Under the pieces are notes generated by a model. The model worked only from the letters and a program-made list of their open reading frames with translations, was not told the origin of the DNA and did not search any database. From NCBI GenBank assembly GCA_029856145.1, contig JAHQWK010000024.1, forward strand, positions 32,001 to 96,000: a stretch of 64,000 nt of DNA, read 5' to 3'. This document shows, one piece after another, positions 50,292-59,126 of this stretch; position 1 is the stretch's first letter; every line of letters starts with the position of its first letter. Source of the stretch: Promethearchaeia archaeon. Lineage in GTDB: Archaea; Asgardarchaeota; Lokiarchaeia; Sigyniarchaeales; SOKP01. The position numbers were made by a program, and so were the translations under genes.

Positions 50292-50453
50292 CTAAAACCC
50301 AAAGACTTGTTTTATTTTATCATATATCTCTTTAATTTCTCTAAGTTTTGTTTCATCGCCTTGATTTAAGAAATGGGACAACCAGTCTGCAAGTCCACCT
50401 TGTTGTATCCATTGTAAGAAGTATTCAACTGATTGACGTTCCTCAGCAGACAT
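50292..50453 (-). CDS. Small 53-aa helical protein
   Basis: Hand translation MSAEERQSVEYFLQWIQQGGLADWLSHFLNQGDETKLREIKEIYDKIKQVFGF; less AT-rich than its flanks. Confidence 0.6.
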   Translation of the reverse strand: MSAEERQSVEYFLQWIQQGGLADWLSHFLNQGDETKLREIKEIYDKIKQVFGF

Positions 50454-50585
50454 TTTTTATTCGACTTTTCTATTATATTTGTTTTTAATTATATTTTTCT
50501 TCTATATAAAAGTTATAAATCATTCTATTTTATATTTTTATAATTCTAAAACATTTTTGATGAAATTTTTAATTAAATCTTATAA

Positions 50586-51554
50586 GTGAAAAAAATGCCT
50601 GATATAAGAATTAAGACTCCTCCATTGGATAAAGTATTCGAAAAATGGAAGCAAAGAGCAGTAAGAACGGATCGGAAAAAAATGGAAAAAGAGTTTGGGA
50701 CAAAAGGTGCTGTTTTCTCATTAGACGCAGTTAGCGCAGCTGAATATGTAAAAGAAACCACAAAAGAGGCAGCAATTTATTTTGCACTTAAAAAATCTCT
50801 TGGTCCCGCCCCAAAAGGAAAGGAAGAAAACCTTGTAACAGCCCCAAGAGTTGTTCGAGAACAATTTTATTCCTTTAAAGGAGCTGGAAAGATAAATAAA
50901 GAGGAATGGAAAGGAAATGAAATAGTTCCTCACTTTGAATCAATTCAAGCAGTTTCTTGTAAAAATTGTCGAGGAAAAGGATATATCGAAAATAAATGTA
51001 AAACCTGCAAAGGAACTGGAAAAATTGAGGAAACTTTGACAGTTCTTGTTGGTGAAGAACAGAAAAAGGAAAAGAAACCATTTTCTTATCCCTGTGCAAC
51101 TTGTTTTGGCACAGGAAATAGAACAGAACCTTGCAAAGAATGTGGAGGTTATAAAAATATGTATAAATATGAAGAACTCCCTGTACCATTTCAAACAGTG
51201 GTAACAGGAGCCCCCATCCTTCATTCAAGCGCTCAAACCAAGTATGAAAAGGAGATTGGAGAGGATCTCCATAAAATGATTGAAGACGTCGAAGGAATAA
51301 AATTTAGTGATTTCAAAGAATTAGACTCTAAAGCAGAAGCGTCATTAGGATATTGGAATAAAAATATTAAAAAAACCATTAACTCTGCTGGTAGTGATTA
51401 TAAATCTTATGAAAAAGACAAAGATGCTCAAATTACATCTCAAATTTATCTCTTTCCTATGATTTTGATGAATGCTGAAACGAAACGTGGTAAAAAATTT
51501 GAAATTTATAGTCTTGGATCAGGAGAAAAATTTATGGTATATTCTAACTTCTAA
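50586..51554 (+). CDS. SSUH2-like protein with DnaJ-type CxxCxGxG zinc fingers (no J domain)
   Basis: VPH followed by CKNCRGKG, CKTCKGTG, CATCFGTG, CKECGG; C-terminal GKKFEIYSLG. Confidence 0.75.
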   Translation: MKKMPDIRIKTPPLDKVFEKWKQRAVRTDRKKMEKEFGTKGAVFSLDAVSAAEYVKETTKEAAIYFALKKSLGPAPKGKEENLVTAPRVVREQFYSFKGAGKINKEEWKGNEIVPHFESIQAVSCKNCRGKGYIENKCKTCKGTGKIEETLTVLVGEEQKKEKKPFSYPCATCFGTGNRTEPCKECGGYKNMYKYEELPVPFQTVVTGAPILHSSAQTKYEKEIGEDLHKMIEDVEGIKFSDFKELDSKAEASLGYWNKNIKKTINSAGSDYKSYEKDKDAQITSQIYLFPMILMNAETKRGKKFEIYSLGSGEKFMVYSNF

Positions 51555-51730
51555 TTCTTTTTTTCTGAAATTAATTACTAATTTAACAAACATAAATTTT
51601 TTATTTTCATCTTAAATTATGCTTCAATATCTTAATTGAATTGTTTTCAAAACACAAACTTATAAATAACTAGAATCTACTTTTTTTTTAGAAATTTTTT
51701 ATTTAAATAATTTAAAGCTTATTTAGCACT

Positions 51731-51874
51731 ATGATTAGTATAGTAGAAAAAGAAAAATTCTTAAGTTTAAAATGCAATTGTAAGCATTGTTGTGATACGG
51801 GTAAAATTAAGATTTATAGAGTTGATTGGGAGGATTTCGACGAGATCAAGTGTGAAAAATGTAAACCTGACTAA
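51731..51874 (+). CDS. Small 47-aa zinc-finger protein
   Basis: Hand translation ...CKHCCDTGKIK...IKCEKCKPD. Confidence 0.5.
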   Translation: MISIVEKEKFLSLKCNCKHCCDTGKIKIYRVDWEDFDEIKCEKCKPD

Positions 51875-52005
51875 ATAAACTTGTATAAAATAACATTCTA
51901 GGCCTTAGATATAATAAAAAAGTGAATAAAACCAAATTTTTCTTGATTCTTACTGAATTTATGACTTATTCTAAATTTTAGACATACATTTCTAAAGTTT
52001 TCTAT

Positions 52006-52590
52006 TTATTTAAAGACTTTATCGAATACTTGCGGTAAGTTGTTGATTATAGGTTTTCGCGCTGTAGCAATAAAAGTAATAGCAATCAATCCTCCTAACC
52101 CGAATTGGATTATGCCATTTAAAATTAATTCATACGATGCTGCGGGTATGCCGAAAATGATAATTTCATATAAGAAATATCCAATTACCATCGTAAAACC
52201 ACCAGTTAAAACAGCTAAAATGTCTCTATAATTAATTTTTTTATAAAATTTTTTAGGGTTAGCGATGATACCCACTAAAAAACCCTCTAAACCTTTAATT
52301 ATTAAAGTTCCAGGAGCATATATGGTATAGCCTAAAAAAATATCTGCTAAAGCTGAACCTATACCTCCAGAAAAACCTCCTATTATAGGTCCGAACAACA
52401 TACCGCAGATCATTACTCCTGCATCTCCAATATTGATGAAACCCTGAGTAGCTGGAATTGGAATAGAAATTACCATTGTTAGTATGCAAATAAGAGCAGA
52501 AAATACTCCAATTATTGAAAGTGATAAAATTAATCGTGGTGTAAGACGCTGTTTATAATGATCTGGTGCTGTTACTTCTTCATTTTTCAA
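52006..52590 (-). CDS. ECF transporter S component
   Basis: IPIPATQGFINIGD, GIGSALADI, PGTLIIKGLEG. Confidence 0.9.
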   Translation of the reverse strand: MKNEEVTAPDHYKQRLTPRLILSLSIIGVFSALICILTMVISIPIPATQGFINIGDAGVMICGMLFGPIIGGFSGGIGSALADIFLGYTIYAPGTLIIKGLEGFLVGIIANPKKFYKKINYRDILAVLTGGFTMVIGYFLYEIIIFGIPAASYELILNGIIQFGLGGLIAITFIATARKPIINNLPQVFDKVFK

Positions 52591-52703
52591 TGTTTTTATC
52601 GCCTTTAATTATAAATATCTAATTTTTTGAATTTTTTAGACTTTATAAAATTAATTTACAAAAAACTCTAATGATAGCTTTTAAGAAAAAGAAATGAAAA
52701 AAG

Positions 52704-53180
52704 TTACTTAAGTATATTATTTGAAGCATAGGCGATTAGAATCTTCCCATAAAAATAGTGATGACTACTCATTTCTGATTTACATGAATGAACAATTTGA
52801 CATTCATAGCTTAAATCAGAGTCTTTTATAGTAGAGACTTTTGTTTTATTTCCTGGAATAATTTCCAATCCTGCTTCTTTAATTTTATCAGTATTTCTTC
52901 CAGAATAAGAACCTGCTATATCTACCGCGTGATATATTTTATCCGAAGGGATATTTACAGTAAATTCATTGACTCCCTCAGTAAGTAATTTATATGTGTA
53001 TCGACTATAAGCTACTTGTGCTCTAATAACAGGAATACCCTCTAAATCTTCTATACTCTTCCAATCTAAAGCCATAACATTGAGTTTTCCATTTTTATCC
53101 ATTGAAACTAACAACGCTGTATTTCTCTTAAAATGTTCAATATAATCATATGGCCCAATTTCTTGCCTAGTTTTAGACAT
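52704..53180 (-). CDS. Flavin reductase-like FMN-binding protein
   Basis: NVMALDW, RYTY, EFTVNIP, GSYSGRNTDK, YECQI. Confidence 0.88.
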   Translation of the reverse strand: MSKTRQEIGPYDYIEHFKRNTALLVSMDKNGKLNVMALDWKSIEDLEGIPVIRAQVAYSRYTYKLLTEGVNEFTVNIPSDKIYHAVDIAGSYSGRNTDKIKEAGLEIIPGNKTKVSTIKDSDLSYECQIVHSCKSEMSSHHYFYGKILIAYASNNILK

Positions 53181-53228
53181 TTTTATAATTCTAATATAGC
53201 TATTTCTTAATATATCAATAATTGTTAA

Positions 53229-53427
53229 TTATGGCATAAATTTCTTGTCATGTATGAATTTGTCTATTGCTTCTAACACGTTTCTTCCCAATCATCATTA
53301 GGATCAATACTTTCACAGCAATTAGGACACCAATCATCAGGATAACCTCCATCAAAATCATCTGCTTCTATATTTAATAATTCATCATATATTTTTTCTG
53401 AAATTTTACCTTTAAGCTATGTGTCAT
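53229..53427 (-). pseudogene. Acidic Cys-containing ORF fragment without an in-frame start (possible frameshift)
   Basis: Open frame ...IYDELLNIEADDFDGGYPDDWCPNCCESIDPNDDWEE...FMP-stop; the nearest ATG (53427) is out of frame. Confidence 0.35.
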
Positions 53428-53445
53428 AAGTTAATGTAAAAATGT

Positions 53446-53676
53446 TTAATCAGAGTCATCTTCGTCATCGTCATCATCATCATCATCATCATCGTCATCC
53501 TCCTCCTCATCATTATTTACATCAATGGTCTCATACTCTTCAGCATCACGATAACAGGTTTTACAATAAGGTTTTCCACCTACATAAATTGCTTTATCTT
53601 GGAGTATTTTTTTCTCGCAATTTGTACAATAAACATCATCTTCATCATCAAATTTACCCATAACAAACACCTCCAT
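53446..53676 (-). CDS. Small treble-clef (half-LIM-like) zinc-finger protein with a poly-Asp tail
   Basis: CTNCEKKI...GGKPYCKTCY; C-terminal D/E run; GGAGGTG RBS before the internal ATG (MGKF). Confidence 0.75.
   Translation of the reverse strand: MEVFVMGKFDDEDDVYCTNCEKKILQDKAIYVGGKPYCKTCYRDAEEYETIDVNNDEEEDDDDDDDDDDDDEDDSD
53456..53513. repeat. Imperfect (TCA/TCG)n trinucleotide repeat encoding poly-Asp
   Basis: tcatcatcatcatcatcatcgtcatcc. Confidence 0.85.
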
Positions 53677-53870
53677 ATTTAATATAGGGAACTTTACTTA
53701 GATAACCAAATAAGCTCAATCTATAATTATAATTTATATAAAAAAAAATTGTAACCATCATCGTATCCATCAATTAATTGTAATTTTTTCTTTGAATTCA
53801 TTTTTAGATAGGATGTTTAATTTAAAATATAATAAAATAAGACAAAAAATAATATAAGTATTGCATAAAA

Positions 53871-54908
53871 TTAAACAATACAGCTATTTGCCTTTTTTAA
53901 TCTTTTCTCAGCATCATTAACAATACTATTAATTATGTCTTGAACAGTTTCGACAGAATTAATTAAACCGATACTTTGACCTAAAAGAACAGCTCCCTCT
54001 TCCACATTACCATCATAAGTCATTTCATAATGTTTTTGATCGTCCATTACTCTCTCTGGTGTTAACTGAGCTTCCAATGCCATCTTTTCTTCTTTACTTG
54101 TTACAACTCCATGATGTAAAGAATAATTATTTTTCCAAAGGCGTATTGGCCCAAGAACTCCAGTAACCCATACTGTGTCATCTGCTTTTGCTGAAGGTAC
54201 AATATTTTTGTATTTTTCATGGAATTCACTTTCTTTTGAAGCAATAAATCTTGAACCCATTGCAATAGCTCCTGCACCCATTGCTAATGCTGAAGCTAAT
54301 CCTTCTCCACTAGAAAATCCTCCGCATGCTATTATTGAAGTGTCTGGATATTTTTTCGTGACTTGTTGTAATAAGACTAAGGTACTGATTTTTTCATAAC
54401 TTTGATGTCCTCCGCCCTCCCAACCAGTAATAACCATACCATCAACTCCAGATGTTATACATTTATCAGCAAGCCATAATGCTGGTGCCACATGGAAATG
54501 CTTAATGTTAGATCCACTCTCTTTTAATCTTTGATATGTTTTAGCTTTTGGCAGCATTTTCGATGAACCAGCGCTAGTTACTGCATAAACACATTGTTCT
54601 TTTATTTTTGGATTGTTCAATATGAATCTTGAAATCCCTCGACAGAGTCCTGGAGCATCTAGTTGTAATCTTGCTGTTCTAATATTAAATCCAAAGGGTT
54701 TTTCTGTATGTTCCACAACATATTCCATATTTGATTTCATTTCTTCCAAGGCACTTTTCCCAAATAGATTAGTATGACTCAATACTCCCAATCCACCGGC
54801 TTCAGAAACTGCAACTGCTAATTCCTTTGTGTAAAACGGACCCATAGGAGCAGCAATTATCGGATGCTTAATTCCAAACATTTCAGTTATATCTGTTTTT
54901 AATCCCAT
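53871..54908 (-). CDS. Nitronate monooxygenase / FabK-like FMN oxidoreductase
   Basis: PIIAAPM, VSEAGGLG, GWEGGGH, ACGGF, MGSRF. Confidence 0.9.
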   Translation of the reverse strand: MGLKTDITEMFGIKHPIIAAPMGPFYTKELAVAVSEAGGLGVLSHTNLFGKSALEEMKSNMEYVVEHTEKPFGFNIRTARLQLDAPGLCRGISRFILNNPKIKEQCVYAVTSAGSSKMLPKAKTYQRLKESGSNIKHFHVAPALWLADKCITSGVDGMVITGWEGGGHQSYEKISTLVLLQQVTKKYPDTSIIACGGFSSGEGLASALAMGAGAIAMGSRFIASKESEFHEKYKNIVPSAKADDTVWVTGVLGPIRLWKNNYSLHHGVVTSKEEKMALEAQLTPERVMDDQKHYEMTYDGNVEEGAVLLGQSIGLINSVETVQDIINSIVNDAEKRLKKANSCIV

Positions 54909-55226
54909 ATCCTTATACCATTTTCAACTGTTTTAATAATTATAATAATATAATAATATTAATAGTGAAAAATCAAAAAGTAATATAAATCTTTTATAAA
55001 TTTAAAAGCAATTACTTAGATAAGTTGCTCTTAATAAAAATATACATTTAATTAATTTAAGAGTCAGATTAGGATTTTTGATGTTTACAGAAGTATTTTT
55101 CTAAATATATTTAAATATAAGTTCCGTTTTTGTTTTAATAAATTAAATAATTCTTAATAAAGGTTCTTTACGCCAGAAAATTTTCAATTCAAGAATCTTA
55201 TTAGTTTTTTCTAGGCGATTAATGAG

Positions 55227-56237
55227 TTGGATAATACCATAAATTTAAAACTAGTTGTTCTCGGAGAAGGAGATGTTGGGAAATCTTCTATTATAAATGC
55301 TTTTATGGGGAAGCAATTTCCCGAACAGTATTTACCAACAATTGGCAGTGAAACTGCTAAAAAAGAATACGTTATAAAAGAGAGTGGTAATATTATAAGA
55401 GTATTTCTTTCTATATGGGACACAGGAGGTCAGAGGTCATTTAATCCTTTTAATCCAGCTTTATATAAAAATATCGATATAGTTCTGTTAGTTTTCGATT
55501 TAACAAAACCAAAAGAAACATTGGAACTTCTAAAAGAAGAGTTTTTAAAACATGTAAATTATCATTCTGAAGATGTTTTAAAACTATTTATTGGAAATAA
55601 ATTGGATGCACTTACTAATGTTAAGCAGATTAAAACAAATTTGAATAATTTTTTAGCTAAAAATGACAATGTAGTATTCGTATCTGCAAAAACAGGTGAA
55701 AATATTAATGAGTGTTTTGAATTATTGATATATACTTTTTTAAGAAAAGCAGAAATATTGTATCCTGATATTATTCAGAATAATACAGCTACAAGGTTCC
55801 TAAATTTAATTAATAAAAACGAAAATCAATTAAAAATCGGATTAATAAATTTAAAAAATTTAGATTCAATATTAAAAAAGCAGAAGATAAAACCAAAAAT
55901 CAAAGAAGAAAGTGTTGAGGAAAAAGAAATTAAAGAATTGAAATATTATGACTTTCTAAAGCAAGAGTTAGAAAATAACACAACTCAAAAAAGCGATATT
56001 ATGGATCTATTTTTGATTAATTTATCTGAACTTGACAAAACTATAGAGCATTTAAAGAAAACCCACTCTAAATCAGTTAAGGATTTAATTGACAACTTAA
56101 AAGAACTCTTAATTATTACTAAAAAAGATTTTGAACAGAATGTTGACTTAATAGCAAAATTAAATAGAGAAGAATTTGAATTAGTAAAAATCATCTCAAA
56201 AACTAAAGAAGAACAATCAAAACTAAATAAGAAGTAG
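55227..56237 (+). CDS. Rab-like small GTPase with a ~160-aa C-terminal helical/coiled-coil extension
   Basis: GEGDVGKSS, PTIG, WDTGGQ, GNKLD, VSAK. Confidence 0.9.
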   Translation: MDNTINLKLVVLGEGDVGKSSIINAFMGKQFPEQYLPTIGSETAKKEYVIKESGNIIRVFLSIWDTGGQRSFNPFNPALYKNIDIVLLVFDLTKPKETLELLKEEFLKHVNYHSEDVLKLFIGNKLDALTNVKQIKTNLNNFLAKNDNVVFVSAKTGENINECFELLIYTFLRKAEILYPDIIQNNTATRFLNLINKNENQLKIGLINLKNLDSILKKQKIKPKIKEESVEEKEIKELKYYDFLKQELENNTTQKSDIMDLFLINLSELDKTIEHLKKTHSKSVKDLIDNLKELLIITKKDFEQNVDLIAKLNREEFELVKIISKTKEEQSKLNKK

Positions 56238-56294
56238 TTTTTCGCCTAGATAATAAAACAATTATGATTAAAGAATTAATAAAAATGAAAAAAG

Positions 56295-57209
56295 GTGAAT
56301 AAAATATCTGAAGAAATTTCTTTAAAGGAATTCCAGAAATTAAAAGAACAAGTTAGTAAGCTAGATAATAAAATGAATGAACAGTTTAAAAAATCTGAAC
56401 AAAAAACGAATGAGCAAGTAAGTAATCTAGAAAAAAAATTATCTGACAGGTTGGATAAACTTGATCAAAGTCTAAATGAGCAAGTTAATAATCTTGAGGA
56501 GAAATCAACTGAGCAAATCAATAAATTAGAGCAAAAAACAAAAGATCACTTTACACAACTAGAACAGAACATGGATAAGCAGGGAACCTCGACGAGTAAG
56601 AAAATAGAGGATTTAGCAAATATGTTTGAAGGGGAATTAAAAGAAAAATTTACAGCACTTTCAAAGAAACTAGAAGAAAACTTTAAGACACTCAATTTAG
56701 AAATAGAAAATAAATTTAGAACAGTTGACCAAAAGTTAGATAGACATGTTAATAATCTGGAGAATCAAATAGAATCTCTTATAGAAAAAATTAACACTGC
56801 GAGTGAAGATTTTTCTACAAAATTAAATAATTTCAAGGAAGAGTTTGATACTAAAGAAGAGGTTCTTAGAGATATGATTAAAAAATATAATGAAGAAAAC
56901 ACAGAGTTTAAGAACAATCTAGAACCTATGTTAGAGAGACTTAGAAGTGAACAAGATTTAGTTAAAATAACTGTTGATGTGCTTAAAAAACAGATAAAAG
57001 AAAGCGCAAAAGAATGGATTGATGATGAAATAAAATTGGCTTGTAAAAACAAAGAAAAAGAAATTCTTATGAATTTATGGATTGATGAATTGAAAGAAAT
57101 TATAGATAATTTAGATAAATTAAAGGAAATTCATCCAAAAGAACTAAAACTTCATATAAATGAAATTTCGAGTACTATAGAATCATTTAAACAAAAGTTT
57201 TTAAAATAA
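56295..57209 (+). CDS. Apolipoprotein-like helical protein with 11-residue repeats
   Basis: QVSKLDNKMNE/QFKKSEQKTNE/QVSNLEKKLSD/RLDKLDQSLNE/QVNNLEEKSTE/QINKLEQKTKD. Confidence 0.8.
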   Translation: MNKISEEISLKEFQKLKEQVSKLDNKMNEQFKKSEQKTNEQVSNLEKKLSDRLDKLDQSLNEQVNNLEEKSTEQINKLEQKTKDHFTQLEQNMDKQGTSTSKKIEDLANMFEGELKEKFTALSKKLEENFKTLNLEIENKFRTVDQKLDRHVNNLENQIESLIEKINTASEDFSTKLNNFKEEFDTKEEVLRDMIKKYNEENTEFKNNLEPMLERLRSEQDLVKITVDVLKKQIKESAKEWIDDEIKLACKNKEKEILMNLWIDELKEIIDNLDKLKEIHPKELKLHINEISSTIESFKQKFLK

Positions 57210-57610
57210 ATCTTTTTTTACCCTTTCTGAAATAGTACCACCATTGACACCATTGATAAAGTTTTACCGATATCTTTCAATCAGGTCAAAAGATACATTA
57301 ACTCCATTTTTAGAGATTAAATGATTTAAAAAAATGCAATTTACCATCTAAAACATTTTCATTTATAAAGTTATTCATTTATTTGGTCCTAATACCGAAA
57401 TATTAAAGAGAAAAAATCAAAATTTAAATATCTGAACACTCTCTATTTCTTAAGAATCAAATATGATGAGCAAAATAATGTTCTATTTGTATCGACATCT
57501 ATTTAAACAAAATAGAATCTGCAATGAAATGAAAAATTGCAAAAATTAAATAAACATTCATATTCTAATTCTATATGAGGTATTAATAATTATAATCCAA
57601 TATTCATAAA

Positions 57611-59065
57611 ATGACTGACGAATTTAAAGGAGAAGAAAAGGATAGTAAATCGGAAAGGGAAGTTGATAGAATAGATAAGGAATACTTATCTAAAGCTAAA
57701 AACTCAAGAGATATGATAGATAAAAAACTAAGGACATTTGAAAATAGTATTGAAGACATATCAGAAACCATAACAAATGGAGAAACGGCAGAAGAAAAAG
57801 AGACTGAGAAGAAACCTATAGAGGAAATTAGCGAAGAAATAAAAGAAGCTCAGGAAAAACTTAATACTATTAAAAAAAAGATAGATGATAAAGAAGAATA
57901 TCTTACAGCGATTGAAGAGACTATAAAACAGCTTGAAGAAAAGTATAATCGTAAAACTGAAGAGATGGATAACGTAGAGGAGAGACTAAATATTACAACT
58001 GAAAGTAAAGAGAATTTGGAACAAGAATACATGGAACTCTTGAAAAATAATGAACAATTAGTAAAAACATACGAGACAAGGCAAGTGGACTTAATTGTTC
58101 TTACAGATTCAATAAAAGAAAAAATTACTACTCAAGAAGAACTTCGTAATAAAATTTCAAAAATGAATCAAGAGATCCAATCAAAAGAAGATTTACTTAT
58201 AAAACAGAGAGAAGAAGCTGAAGCATTTGAAAAAAAATTAAAAAGTCAACATGCTGAAAATGAGACTTTAAAAGTCTCAATTAGCAAGAATAAAATTGAA
58301 TTAGAACATTCAAATTCAGAAATTGAAGCAAAAGAAGAAGAAAAGAAGCTTTTAACTGAACAGATTGATAAAAGAGAAAGTAGAATTAAAGAGATCGAAC
58401 TAAGAATCGAAGAATATAAAGAAGGGTTTCCAGAAATGGAAAAACAAAGAGGAACATATGAAGAACTCCTTGCTAAATATAAAGTACAATTAACTGATAA
58501 ACAACAACAATTAATTGAAATTGAATCTCGAATACAAGAATTGAATGATACAACAAATAATTTGATAGAACAAATTATTGCTAAAGAAAATCTAATTGAA
58601 GCTAATGAAAAAAGAATAGTGGATTTAAAAAAAGATATTGAAACTTCGAATACAGAGTATATTGAACTAGAAGAAAGATTAGAAGCATTAACTGAAAAAT
58701 TAACGCATATGGAAGCAGAACATGAAAAATTAAATAAATCAAAAGAAGTAATTGAAACTAGCACCAATGACTCAAGAACAATTTTACAAAAACTCAAATT
58801 AGAATTAGAAAGTCAAGAAAAAGAAATTAGAGATAAAGAAAGTAGAATACATAGATTAGAAGTCCTATCTGCTATTTACCGAGCTTCTAAATTTTTTGGA
58901 GGGATTTTAATAGGAGCAGGAATTTTCTTCATAGTCTGGGCATTAGGAATATTTTATCATTTTATTGATTTTGGTAATGCAAATGATTTTATAATGGGTT
59001 TATTCCTATTAATTGGAGCTATTTTATCAATTATTTCAGGTGTATTCCATTTGGAAAAGTCATGA
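57611..59065 (+). CDS. Long coiled-coil protein with a C-terminal two-TM hairpin anchor
   Basis: About 400 aa E/K/L/I-rich coiled coil, then FFGGILIGAGIFFIVWALGIF and FIMGLFLLIGAILSIISGVF. Confidence 0.85.
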   Translation: MTDEFKGEEKDSKSEREVDRIDKEYLSKAKNSRDMIDKKLRTFENSIEDISETITNGETAEEKETEKKPIEEISEEIKEAQEKLNTIKKKIDDKEEYLTAIEETIKQLEEKYNRKTEEMDNVEERLNITTESKENLEQEYMELLKNNEQLVKTYETRQVDLIVLTDSIKEKITTQEELRNKISKMNQEIQSKEDLLIKQREEAEAFEKKLKSQHAENETLKVSISKNKIELEHSNSEIEAKEEEKKLLTEQIDKRESRIKEIELRIEEYKEGFPEMEKQRGTYEELLAKYKVQLTDKQQQLIEIESRIQELNDTTNNLIEQIIAKENLIEANEKRIVDLKKDIETSNTEYIELEERLEALTEKLTHMEAEHEKLNKSKEVIETSTNDSRTILQKLKLELESQEKEIRDKESRIHRLEVLSAIYRASKFFGGILIGAGIFFIVWALGIFYHFIDFGNANDFIMGLFLLIGAILSIISGVFHLEKS

Positions 59066-59126
59066 AATTCATTTTAAAAATCAAATGTCTATTTAAAATT
59101 CTTTATATAAATTTAATGGGATATTA

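Noticed and set aside
53442-53663. His-rich ORF on the + strand (HHHHHH)
   Set aside because: Antisense reading of the poly-Asp GAT repeat; the minus-strand gene has a zinc finger and an RBS.
57210-57610. 401-bp gap inside the GTPase/coiled-coil cluster as a hidden gene or ncRNA
   Set aside because: Only short frames and a small caccattga duplication; no supportable feature.
58246-58797. 183-aa Ser/Phe/Ile-rich minus-strand ORF, and similar ones at 47709..48179 and 56765..57052
   Set aside because: Antisense to well-supported genes; the composition mirrors E/K-rich codons.
57611-59065. SMC/Rad50 annotation for the long coiled coil
   Set aside because: No Walker A/B, signature or hinge motifs; it ends in TM helices.
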